Below are positions 1 through 12,570 of a stretch of DNA of 28,130 nucleotides, in pieces (the stretch's first letter is position 1; each line of letters opens with the position of its first letter). The DNA comes from Octopus sinensis. Taxonomy: Eukaryota. The stretch lies in the NCBI RefSeq assembly GCF_006345805.1, contig NW_021827554.1:1-28130 (forward strand), given 5' to 3'. Made by a program: the position numbers and the translations under genes. A model generated the notes under the pieces. That model had not been told where the DNA came from and did not search any database. It was given only the letters and a program-made list of their open reading frames with translations.

Positions 1-133
1 TGTGTGTGTGTATACCTCGATATTGTATATTATGCATGTGTGTGCGTAGGATAATATATATAAACAGTATATATAATTATATATACATATATATAAATAA
101 TATGATATATATATATATATATATAATATATAT

Positions 134-168
<35 letters not shown>

Positions 169-169
169 T

Positions 170-228
170 AAATGGCGGTACCCCAGCATGGCCCAGCTCG
201 TAAGCTGAAACTAGATAAAATAAATAAA
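170..228 (+). mobile_element. 3' tail fragment of SINE family B
   Basis: AATGGCGGTACCCCAGCATGGCC-CAGCTCGTAAGCTGAAACTAGATAAAA aligns with the tail of the copy at 17608-17962 (AAGGCGGTGCTCCAGCATGGCCGCAGTCAAATGACTGAAACAAGTAAAA). Confidence 0.55.
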
Positions 229-612
229 AATATATATATATATGCATATATGGGTGCAGGACGTTACCAATGATGAGAAAATAACATACACATGAGAGAT
301 AGATACAAGACGTGGACAGTAATTATAGGACAAAAACGAGTGAAATGCGTAAACAACGAGAAAAAATGGAAAGCAGGACAAGTTAACAGAGAAAAAGGGC
401 CCTTCATCAGTTGTTGGCTGTCTATCTTCTCCTGATTTTGAGCATTCAACGACAGTATGAAACTTCAAAGGCAGATGCTCCCATAAAATCTAAAATGAAA
501 TTTAGGATTTATGGAGTGTCAAAGTTGGGAACAAAAAAATAACGGTGGAGACGTACAAGGAAACGGAACGAAAGGTGAATAGTGAACGCTGGGAGACGAA
601 CATACGATTTCA

Positions 613-830
613 ATATCGCAGGAGAGAAATGCAAGAAGTATTCTTCTGGCCGAGTCTACCGGAGGGAGATCTTGGGGTAGATCAAATCAATGATGATCGA
701 ATAATACCCACAGTTTCCGTTGGGAATCCTGCCAGAAAGTGTAACGATGGTTGCTTCTGATAGGACCCTATGGAGGAAGTGCCTGAAGACTCTGGCCCTA
801 CTAACCTCCTAGGAATAGTGGGTGGAGAAA
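613..830 (+). mobile_element. Degenerate 3' end of an RTE-clade (Rex3/Expander-like) LINE
   Basis: Translation across stops and frameshifts gives SQERNARSILLAESTGGRSWGRS...MVASDRTLWRKCLKTL. It shares TTGCTTCTGATAGGACCCT and the GGAGAAA end with the copy at 21416-21820. Confidence 0.65.
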
Positions 831-1581
831 CTAGGATTCTTCTTTTATTTCTTTAAGGGAGATAATTTTCTTCTCAGTAGTCAGTTTTTATTTTTACTGT
901 TCATTAGTGAAATATTTTTAATTTTAATCGAATGAATTATGTATATCGTATCATATAATTTCTCTACATCTATTTAATTAATTATTTTCTTTGTAACTGT
1001 AAAGTGTTAATGCTAGCATAGAAGAAAATATAATCTTTTCAATATGAAGGCGCAAACGGTTTGTTAATTACATGAAATCATTTAAACAACAGAAGGCGAA
1101 AATATTTTGAAAAGAAGAGTGATGGAAAATATAAATGGAGAGAACATTTTCGTAAAACAATGTTGTTTTCGTTCACACTTTATTGTTCATCACTTGTATA
1201 GAAAAACGATAAATATCTTGGATTTTGAATTTACGCAGATGTTCGAACAGTTTCTATTCATTTTTTTCAATGCAAAAATAATATTTACAGGGCAGATGTA
1301 AAAAAATATCTACAGTAATCTCGTAGGCTGTCTCTCAGTTTTTATTAGAAATTTAGTTGCAGGCGTTTTAAGCAGAGCGGCTAAGCACGTGATCTTCATA
1401 AATGTCCGACTGAACAGCTCTTTGCTATGTGCTCATGAATGCTTGAAGAGGGAAAAGTAAGAACACCTGCTTGATTCGAACGTTATTGCGTCTGCTATAG
1501 GCCATGCGGTGAGCGAGCCAGTAAAGCGATGTCATAATCCTTGGCCACCTAAATAAGTGGCCCTACGATAAATTGGTTATA

Positions 1582-1684
1582 CAGCGATCCCACGACTATC
1601 GCGGGTGTTACGTTCCAAACCCTACCGCGAAAGATGAAAACCCGTGAAGTAAAAACAGTACTGTATATTTTTTTATTATTTTTA

Positions 1685-1750
<66 letters not shown>

Positions 1751-1837
1751 AAATACAAAACAACACCACGGAGGAATCGACGTAAGCTTAAATAATTAAC
1801 CGTGAAAGGTGAACCGCGATAAGGTGAGAGATTAATG
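1582..1837. mobile_element. Tigger/pogo-like MITE with an internal (TA)n tract
   Basis: Degenerate TIRs: CAGCGATCCCACGACTATCGCGG (left) versus CATTAATCTCTCACCTTATCGCGG (right, reverse complement). TA at 1580-1581 and 1838-1839. No ORF. Confidence 0.6.
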
Positions 1838-1935
1838 TACTTCTTAAATACGCAGAGTATTTTAACATTTTTTTTACAGTTCCTAATGATATTTAATTAC
1901 AAAATTATAATTGGATCTTTTAATATATGTTGAAT

Positions 1936-2169
1936 AAGGTGGCGAGCTGGCAGAAGCGTTAGCACACCAGGTGAAATGCCTTGTGGTATTTCGTTTGCCG
2001 CTACGTTCTGAGTTCAAATTCCGCCGAGGTCGAATTTGCCTTTCATCGTTTCAGGGTCGATTAAATAAGTACCAGTTACGCACTGGGGTCGATGTAATCG
2101 GCTTAATCCCTTTGTCTATCCTTGTTTGTCCCCTCTATGTTTAGCCCCTTGTGAGCAATAAGGAATTTT
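1936..2169 (+). mobile_element. tRNA-derived SINE family A, full-length monomer
   Basis: A-box-like TGGCAGAAGCGTTAG, B box GAGTTCAAATTCC, central GGTCGA...GCCTTTCATC...GGTCGAT...AAGTACCAG domain. Perfect 13-bp TSD ATATATGTTGAAT at 1923-1935 and 2170-2182. Confidence 0.9.
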
Positions 2170-2324
2170 ATATATGTTGAATGGCTATGGAGAATCAATA
2201 GAATAAAATGGGAACCAAAGGACTCCATGAGTAAAAAATGGTTAAGACACACTGACTTCTGATGCAAACTTTATGAGGAAGCAGATACCAGAAGAGAGTT
2301 AGACCCGTGGAGATATTATTAGTA

Positions 2325-2805
2325 CCGTAGATCCTCGAGTATAAACCGCATTTTTTTCCCAAAATTTAAAGGTCAAAATCCCTAGTGCGTACTATATACG
2401 AAGTTAAAAATGAAAGCAATGTCCGAGTCTATTTGCTGTCCAGCAATGTTTATTCAGATGCATTTTGTGATGTCGGGCGCGAAAATACCTTAAGCTAAGC
2501 CTGAAAGCAATGAAGTCATAAAAGAATCATCCATAGCTTACAGCAAGCAACATTTATTAAACATTATTACTGTTATTTCTTTATTTTCTGAAAACAAAAT
2601 GCACAAAAAAGCTACAAGTTTGCATTATGTTATATATACAATAATAATAAAGGACGTTACCGCATATAGTTTTACAAACCAAGGACGTTATAGAGACCTC
2701 TTTGACTCATGTTAGAGAAGGGGTACGTATTATATACAAGGTTTAGGTTTTTCAGAAGTACAACCTCCTAAAAATCTCCTGCGTATTATACTCAAGGATT
2801 TACGG
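2325..2805. mobile_element. pogo-type (Tc1/mariner superfamily) MITE, 481 bp
   Basis: TIRs CCGTAGATCCTCGAGTATAAACCGCA versus CCGTAAATCCTTGAGTATAATACGCA (right end, reverse complement). TA TSD at 2323-2324 and 2806-2807. Subterminal repeats of a CGTATTATA-like motif. No transposase ORF. Confidence 0.85.
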
Positions 2806-3219
2806 TATAACCAATTAGTAAAAACATGTTTGTACACAATTCCGACGCCTCCTCTGATGATGATAACCTGAATCAGTTCATTTAATGGCGTCATGTGATT
2901 CGAAAACTGTCGCAGAATATGAAATAAGACCTACACTAGCGACAAAGCTTCAGACCGACTGTATTTTATTTTAATTTAATTTATCGATTATTTATAACAG
3001 AATATTATATAATTATATTTATTGTATTTTATTGATTATTTATCCGTTTCTGTGTTCGCAAATTCATAGGTTTGCTTCTTAATGTTTTCCTAGCCGTGTA
3101 TTCCCACCTTAATACCCGCAAGATATATATGCAGGTGGATGCATGTGATGTATGTGTAAATGTGTATATGTATGTATATCACTATATATCTAAATGTATG
3201 TGTGCATATGCACATAAAT

Positions 3220-3680
3220 ACACACACACATACATACATACATACATACATACATACATACATACCACATACAACATTACATTATATATATATATATAAC
3301 TATATATATAAATATATATATATATATAATTATATATATATATGTATGTACGTATGTATGTATATAATATATATATTAATGTTTTTCTGTCAAGTTTTAT
3401 ATAAAAGCAATTTAATATTAAACCGCGGGATTACTCATTAATTTATATTTTTTTCCTAGAATACATATTTACTTTTTCATATAAAAGATTTATAGTAACT
3501 TCGAAGTTTCGCCTTACCACTGCACTGCGTGATGACGGCAGGAAATGCGAAATTTCGAAAACATAAACCCTTGTATGTACGTATGTATGTATGTATGTAT
3601 GTATGTATGTATGTATGTATGTATGTATGTATGTTGTATGGGATGCATGTATGTATGTATGTATTTATGTATGTATGTGT
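3220..3680. repeat. Compound (CATA)n/(TA)n and (TATG)n microsatellites around a short unique spacer
   Basis: Direct reading: CATA run at about 3228-3263 and TATG run at about 3573-3680. Confidence 0.9.
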
Positions 3681-3813
3681 GTGTGTGTACGTATGCACAT
3701 GCATATATAAATACGTGCATACACATATATATATGTTATTTACATAATATATACATATATATTTTATATATATATATAATAATATATATATTATATAATA
3801 ATATCTATATATA

Positions 3814-3870
<57 letters not shown>

Positions 3871-4211
3871 ATACAGGTATACGTTCTATAATTTTTCATA
3901 TCAATAAGCACGATTAAATATTGAATGAATGGGAAACTAATCTTTAATATAAACTGCAACTGGAGGGGAATAAAAACATTCTGAATGCGAAAATATGAAT
4001 AATTAACGTTGTGTGTAGACATTTGGAGAATGATTAATTGAAAAAAAAATATGGCGGCTAGACAACGAATAAAATATCATACATAACAAATGTAATAGGA
4101 ACATGAATGTAAATGAGTGGAATGTAAACGAGAGGTATGTCTGTTTGTGTGAGTATAAAAATATACAGATGCATAAGTAAATTGTAGGAGTATGACTATA
4201 AATATACACGC

Positions 4212-4253
<42 letters not shown>

Positions 4254-4345
4254 TATGTGTGTCAATATGAACAACTTTATATTTTTTATATTTATTTATA
4301 GAAACGTAGCGTACATACATTATATGTGTATGTATATGTTTGTGT

Positions 4346-4396
<51 letters not shown>

Positions 4397-4845
4397 ATAC
4401 ACTTTTATATTTACATATGTACCGACATTTATGTAAACATGAATGATAATACTGTCTACGTGTGGATACATGTCTGTTTGTACAATATATATTTATGCAT
4501 ATATATATATGTATGTATATATGTATGTATGCATGTAAGTATGTATGATGTATGTATATGTATGTATATATGCTGTTAAGCATGCCTATACGTGTAACTT
4601 ATTTATTGCAAGATAGAATGCATATACGTATTAATCAATGGGTATATGTGTGTACACATGTACACATATGCAGGCGTACACGCAAACATATATGCATATA
4701 TATATATATATAATATATATATATATATACATATATATGTATTATATATGTATATACTATATATATGCATATATACATATGTAATACACACAAATATTCC
4801 ATGATTTGATTGATTTGAAAATATGAGGTTTAGTCTTACAATAAA

Positions 4846-5047
4846 ACTACAACAGCACCAACAACAACAACAAACAAACAAACAAACAACAACAAACGAA
4901 GAGCGGCAATTTCCAATCAACAAATATACAAAAATAAAATTATTTGAAATTATGAGTTTTATACATACGACTGAAACAACAACAACAACAACAACACAAA
5001 CAACAACAGCAACAATAACAAACACACAAACAACGAATATACACAAA
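4846..5047. repeat. Degenerate (CAA)n/(CAAA)n microsatellite
   Basis: Two interrupted ACAACAACA... tracts; they explain the poly-Q/T/V ORFs. Confidence 0.85.
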
Positions 5048-5359
5048 TAAAAAACATAAACCAAACCGTCCATAAACGCTTCTAAATCATGAAATCCAAC
5101 CCAAACAAAACATGATCAATCGATTTGAATTAATATTGAATGATCGAACGTCTGGCGTCAGACATGTCTGATTGATTCGTTTGTTTATTTATTGATTTTG
5201 TTTTTTTTTATGTTTAATTTTATTTTTATTTTTATTTTTATTTCATTACATTTTATTTTGTTATTGCAATTAATACATTCATTAGTGGTAATTAAAGTAT
5301 TTGTTTAGTGTCGAAGTGTGACGTATTTAAAGTTATATAAGCATAAACATATTGAGTGT

Positions 5360-6055
<696 letters not shown>

Positions 6056-6779
6056 TGTAGTAATTTTTGTCAATGTGTATACACCTTAGCTTACAACGTG
6101 ATTAATTCATTAATTCAATAATATGGGATTTTGCTTCATATTTTATTTGTTTATTTTTTGGTATTCTTCTCATTAAAGATGTGAGATAGAAACTGTCAGA
6201 TTGCTGATACATAATCAAATAGGACTAAACGGAATTAAGGAATTTATCTCTTTATCCCGTGTAATTGAAATTTCGCTTCTCACACCACTCTTGCAAAATT
6301 TGCCTTTATGTACCGAAAATTTATGTTCTCAGTACATAGTGAGGAAGTCATACTTAAATGGACAACCCGTGAAGGACCATCCTGAAGATATAAAACAATT
6401 TATGAAATTGTTTTATGTCCTGAAATAACCAACAATACAGAAAAACAAAAGATCCGATATATTCTCTCCCTGTCGACACCGGCAATAATTCATATATTTA
6501 TAAATATTATATCATCCGCATTAACAAAATGTTAGACGTTATTTTCCGCATTCTAATAATATAATATACGAACCATTTCTTTACTTAAGGTGAAAATGTG
6601 CAGTTCGAGAGAAATTTTTGATGCCATTTCTAACATGTCAGACAAACTTGTAGAGGTTCACATTTTAAAAGTTTACATAAAAGAAAAGAAAACGAGAACT
6701 GCTAATGTTTCCACCAAATTGACTTTCGAACAATAAATCGAAATACAGTTATTCATTATATATATGTGTGTGTAGATAA

Positions 6780-6861
<82 letters not shown>

Positions 6862-6865
<4 letters not shown>

Positions 6866-7396
6866 TCTAATGTAGGATAAATGTTTTCGAAAAAAAATAT
6901 TTTATCAATGGCCAGCATATTAAAAAATACCTTTAAAGGTTAAATTTATAAATAACTTATAAAATAAGGGCAAAAGAAAAATTCTAATGCCAAATATGCC
7001 GAAAATAGACAAATTGTCAATAACCATTATAATTTATGCGTCTCGAAACAAGCCGATAGAAATTCCTAAAAAATTCCGTTATTACCGTACTGGTCCCAAT
7101 TTCAGAGTTAATTCACAAGAATTTTCTCCTCCTCAGCGATAAATACGTAAGACATAAATAAAATACTTACTCATACCCATGGAAAAAGCAAGCACTAAGT
7201 CTTGAGCAGACCTAAGTACCCCAGATATATCCAAAATAGAAAATCTTCAGCACATCTCGAGACACGTGTGATTCGAACTAGAAACTTTCATTGAGTGAGA
7301 GAGTCCGGAAGTAAACACTATTAAATTTACATCTAATGTAAGATAAAATTTTTTCGTAAAGAAAAATGTTATCAATGGCCAGCATATTAAAAAATA
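6862..7396. repeat. Pair of ~68-bp imperfect direct repeats (6862-6929, 7328-7396)
   Basis: TACATCTAATGTA(G/A)GATAAA...TTATCAATGGCCAGCATATTAAAAAATA occurs twice, about 466 bp apart. Confidence 0.85.
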
Positions 7397-7673
7397 GATA
7401 GATAGAGAGCGTGTGTGTGTGTGTATATAGGTATGTGTGTGCAAGTATGTGTAGCTGCATATTAATTATATACAAATAATAAGATTGAGTTATATTTGTA
7501 TTATATATATATATATATGATACCGTATGTTTCACTGAGTAATATTTCTTGATAGCTACATTAAGAGGATGTGCCGTATAAGCATATTTGTGAGTATGTC
7601 TGTGTATAAGTATGTTTGTACATATATGTATGAATATACGTATAAATACATATCTGTGTACACATATATATGT

Positions 7674-7742
<69 letters not shown>

Positions 7743-7776
7743 CATATATATATATATATATATACATATATTATAT

Positions 7777-7812
<36 letters not shown>

Positions 7813-8280
7813 GATATATATATATATATATGCATAATATACACACAAAACACACACGCACATATATATCGAAATACATTTATAGATACAATTACATATA
7901 TTTGTGTGTGTGTGTGTGTATATGTGCTTCATTATGCGTATATTACAGTATCATCTTTAATTATATTTGTATATTTGTATATACACGTGCATATATATAT
8001 GTGTGTGTATGCGTGTGTGTGTATGTCTGTATACATATACACATATATATGTATATAATATACATATATATATATGCTTACATTTATACATACATATATA
8101 TGCGTACGTATAAATGTATATATATATACATACATATATACATATATACATATATATATATATATATGTATTTATGTATGTATAATATATACAAATATAT
8201 TATGTATGTATATACAATCTATATATACATATATACAATATATATATAGATAAGCGGTTATCATGCATAATGTGTGTATG

Positions 8281-8367
<87 letters not shown>

Positions 8368-8390
8368 GCAGACAGACAGACAAACAGACA
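8281..8390. repeat. (GATA)n followed by (GACA)n microsatellite
   Basis: Direct reading. Confidence 0.95.
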
Positions 8391-8564
8391 TATAGTTAAA
8401 TAGCGATAGAGAAGGAGTAGATAAAGAGGGGTGAGACTTATAAAACTATGCGGAAATGAAATTATTCGAGTATCAAAGCCGATATATCGATTCCTGACGT
8501 CAGATTACAAAGAGACATTTAAAATCTAAACCAAAAAGCAACATAAACAACATCAATACCACAA

Positions 8565-8600
<36 letters not shown>

Positions 8601-8959
8601 TGTATTAAATTGTTGTAGTTTTTGTGTTTTTTTGTTGCTTTTTTGGCAGAGAAAGTGGTCGTTGGGAATCTGGAGTAATTATATTTAAAATGTAGACAAT
8701 TTTCGAAGCACTAAATTTATGAAGAGGAATAGGGAAAAAATATTACTTCGGTTGTCATTTATTAAATCAGGGGAGAATAAAATTTGAGAATTTAGTGGAT
8801 GAAGTTCAAAGTTGAATTTTAATATAGATTGCTTTAATTTCGAGGATTAAATCTTAATCTAATTTAAGTAGCTAATTTTGACCAGCCTCATTTCGTATTC
8901 ACATAAATAAAAGTTACACAATTTAAGGAGTTGGTAAGGATAAGAATGAGGGAATTTTA

Positions 8960-9013
<54 letters not shown>

Positions 9014-9478
9014 ATATATGTATATATATAATGTACAAATATATAAATGTATGTATACTTATATATGTAAGATATATGTTTATATATATACATATATATT
9101 CATATATATACATATAGATGTATGCATATATATTATATATATATTGGATGCATCTATATATATATATATATATATGCATAGTAATATATTGCATATATAT
9201 TATATATATATATGAACCTTTATATATAATGTATACATATATAAATATACTCACATGATTGTACATGCGTGTGTATGTGGGTATCTGTGTGTATGTACAC
9301 GTATATGTGTGCGTATGTGTATACATGTATATACGTATATATGTGTGTATAAATGTTTCTGTTTATATGTGTGTATATATATAGATGCATACATGTGCGT
9401 GTGTGTATGTGTGCATGTCTATTTGTGTGTGGGTGTGTGTCTCTCTCTCTCTCTATATATAACATATATTGCATGTTT

Positions 9479-9520
<42 letters not shown>

Positions 9521-9548
9521 ATATATATATATATATATTCACATGGAG

Positions 9549-9621
9549 AGATAGATAGATAGATAGATAGAGATAGATAGATAGATAGGTAGATAGATAG
9601 ATAGATGATAGATAGATAGAT

Positions 9622-9711
<90 letters not shown>

Positions 9712-9733
9712 GATAGATAGAGATAGATAGATA
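9549..9733. repeat. (GATA)n microsatellite
   Basis: Direct reading; a few GAT and GAGATA interruptions. Confidence 0.95.
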
Positions 9734-9930
9734 TAACAAAATTTCCATGAATCCCTGATGATTTAAATAATGAATCAAATACACTTGTGAAATTATCTAT
9801 TAATAAATTAAAACCGAATACTGAGTTATTCGAGTTACGAAGCATTCAGTATAATAATCCGTGTTCACACATGTAAGTGCATCTTAATACACACATACGC
9901 ACACACACACGCACACACACACAACACATA

Positions 9931-9974
<44 letters not shown>

Positions 9975-9978
<4 letters not shown>

Positions 9979-10260
9979 CATTATTGGTGAATTGAAGAAA
10001 TGGAGCTGAACGCAGATTGAACAGAAATCGTTTTATTTCATTCTACACGTGTTTCGAAAGGCACAAATTACCAAAATCCGATTGAATAATGGGACCATAT
10101 TGTGTCTTTTCTCTTCAGGAGAAAAAAAGGAAATCCGTTGGAAAAACAAAAACAGAACAGAGGCGGAGCAAAAAACAAATCGAACTGTGCTCCTAAGAGC
10201 CATGGCGAAACTCTGTTTACTGGTGTGATTTTGCTACTAAGGTATCGGTTAAACTTTTGA
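9975..10260 (-). mobile_element. Probable Penelope-like element terminal repeat (pLTR) fragment
   Basis: Contains a hammerhead motif with palindromic stem III followed immediately by AATAAA (plus-strand TTTATT 10032-10037), the arrangement known for PLE pLTRs. Boundaries approximate; no RT or GIY-YIG ORF seen. Confidence 0.45.
10036..10124 (-). ncRNA. Type I hammerhead ribozyme motif (minimal, PLE-like)
   Basis: Minus strand: UUUCUC-CUGAAGA-GAAAAGACACAA..33 nt..UUGUGCCUUUC-GAAA-CACGU-GUA-GAAUGAAA. The core CUGANGA/GAAA/GUA is intact, stems I and II can form, and stem III is the palindrome ACACGUGU. Confidence 0.7.
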
Positions 10261-10295
10261 TTAATCTACTACAAGATTATTCATCTTTCTATTTC

Positions 10296-10344
<49 letters not shown>

Positions 10345-10393
10345 ATGTATGTATATAGGTGTGTGTGTATATATATATATTATATATATATAT

Positions 10394-10439
<46 letters not shown>

Positions 10440-10700
10440 GTATACGGTTGGTGTGTATATATATAATATTGTATTTACTTATATCGGAGCGCGTTGTGTG
10501 ATGTATAAATGTTAGATGTTGAAAATATTTTAGGTATGTTAAACATTTATTAAAATCTCATCTGATTTGAAACTCGGTACGAAATGTTGAGTCAAAATTC
10601 ATGTATATTTCCAGTACAGCATAAATATATTCGTCTCCCATTCACAAAGGGAAAATGTAATAATAATCTTGATGAACTGCTACGTCGAAACTTGTGAGTA

Positions 10701-11752
10701 TCAGATCATCCCAGAAGTTCTGTTCGATTTTACCTTTGTCAAAATTGAATGAAATTTAATAGTATTTTAAAATATAAACTAATTAAATATTATTTTACAG
10801 AATAATACAATTAAAATTTCTTTGATTAAATCCCTTTCTAACATGAAAGTATCCAAAGAGCATTTAAGGCACATAATGCTTTATGAGTTCAAAAAAGGAA
10901 ACTCTGCAGCCGAAGTGACTCGAAACATACACTCAGCTTATGGGAAAGAATGCTTGAATGAAAGAACTTGCAGAAGATGGTTTGCAAAATTCAGAAGTGG
11001 AGATTTCAGCCTTGAAGACGAAGATCGAACAGGACGTCCAGTTGAGTTTGATGATAAGCTCCTTGAGGCATTACTTAAAGTAAGTCCTGCATTATCAGTT
11101 GAAGAATTGGCAATAAAGCTTAGTTCTAACCATACAACTGTTCATCGTCATCTTCATCAACTTGGAAAGGTTCCTAAACTTGGAAAATGGGTGCCTCATG
11201 AATTGTCCGAAAGCAACCGCAAATCTGAGTTGACATCTGCTCTTCTCTCCATTCTCACAAACTCATTTCACCCTTTTTGGGTAGACTTGTGACTGGTGAT
11301 GAAAAATGGATCTTCTATCGAAATGTTAAATGTCGTAAACAGTGGCTTGGTGAAAGGGAAAAGGCGCAACCACAATCAAGAAGGGATCTTCATGGGGAAA
11401 AGGTTCTTCTCTCTATCTGGTGGGGTTGCAAAGGAGTAATTCACTTTGAATTGTTACCGCTTATGCAACAATCAATACTCAAGTCTACTGTCAGCAATTA
11501 GAGCGTTTGAACCAAGCTTTGAAAAAAAGACCCGCTTTAGTGAAACGAAAAGGAGTGATGTTTCATCAGGACAATGCGCGAACCTACACTGCAAAGATCA
11601 TATCACAGAAGATCGAAGAGCTTGGTTGGGAAAAAATTCCTCATCCACCTTATTCTCCCGACCTTGCTCCTTCAGACTACCATTTGTTTCGTAGTTTACA
11701 GAATCATTTGGGGGACATAACTTTCGCAAGCCAAGAGAATGTCGAAGCCTAC
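10701..11752 (+). mobile_element. mariner (DD34D) DNA transposon, 3'-truncated
   Basis: TA at 10699-10700 followed by a putative left TIR TCAGATCATCCCAGAAGTTCTGTTCGATTT, then the transposase. No matching right TIR found. Confidence 0.85.
10843..11752 (+). pseudogene. Mariner transposase (Mos1/SETMAR-type) with two frameshifts and a missing C-terminus
   Basis: MKVSKEHLRHIMLYEF...RRWFAKFRSGDFSLEDEDRTGRP (HTH), WVPHEL, TGDEKW, HQDNAR, YSPDLAPSDYHLF. 34 residues lie between the 2nd and 3rd Asp. Frameshifts near 11227 and 11460; homology stops at ENVEAY. Confidence 0.95.
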
Positions 11753-11807
11753 AATTCAGTTTTTATTCAAGATTGGTTCAACCGATGCCAATGTTATAAG
11801 CAAAACA

Positions 11808-11868
11808 GGATCGAACTCAGAACCGCATTTGATACGAAGCTAACTTGCAACCACACACCCATACCTAC
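11808..11868 (-). mobile_element. Degenerate tRNA-like SINE head (family B-like) downstream of the mariner break
   Basis: Minus strand: GTAGGTATGGGTGTGTGGTTGC...GGTTCTGAGTTCGATCC, with A-box-like and B-box-like motifs. Confidence 0.4.
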
Positions 11869-12537
11869 ATCCTTTAATCAAAGTAGACGGGAAACAAAAC
11901 AATGACAATAACAACAACAACAACAACAATATAAGCAAGACATCAGTGAATGGTCTACATACTGCAATTATATATGTGAATGGTAAAAAGCGGTGTCCTT
12001 TGTCTATTGTTCCGTATGAAATTGAGTGCCGTTCGTATGAGCTGTCTGAAATGACCGGATTAAATATTCATGTATTGATATGTAAATGTCATATTTCAAA
12101 CGAACAGATTATCTATATACTTTAAAGGGCTCCACAGTGTTCAAATATGTATAGTGAGTGTATGTGGGGGGGGGCGTACGTGTGTGTGTGTGTGCGTGTG
12201 TGTGTAAATATATATGTATGTACATGTTTATGTATATATGCATATATATAGATGTAAAGAAAGATAAATAGATGTACGCGCATGTGATGCACGTGCCTAT
12301 ACATATATATACGTGTGTATATATAGTATATGTATATGTATATATATATGTATATACACACACACATTATATATATATATATACATACATACGTATGTGT
12401 ACACATATATATATATACATACATATATGTGTACTCATATGTATTGAGTGATTTCTATACATATACATGTATATATATGTTGTGTACACACACTCACACA
12501 CCACACAAACACACACACACCACACACACATATTTAT

Positions 12538-12570
<33 letters not shown>

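Noticed and set aside
385-415. Minus-strand CTGATGAAGGGCCC resembling a hammerhead 5' core
   Set aside because: No GAAA or stem III follows; at most a deleted relic.
2845-2915. CTGATGA...GAAAACTGTC
   Set aside because: Stems I and II cannot be formed convincingly.
7171-7260. Minus-strand peptide FWIYLGYLGLL resembling a class C GPCR helix, near a GTAAGT donor
   Set aside because: In-frame stop immediately after it, no good acceptor, and the similarity is too short.
8495-8502. Full CRE palindrome TGACGTCA
   Set aside because: A single 8-mer with no promoter context; plausible by chance.
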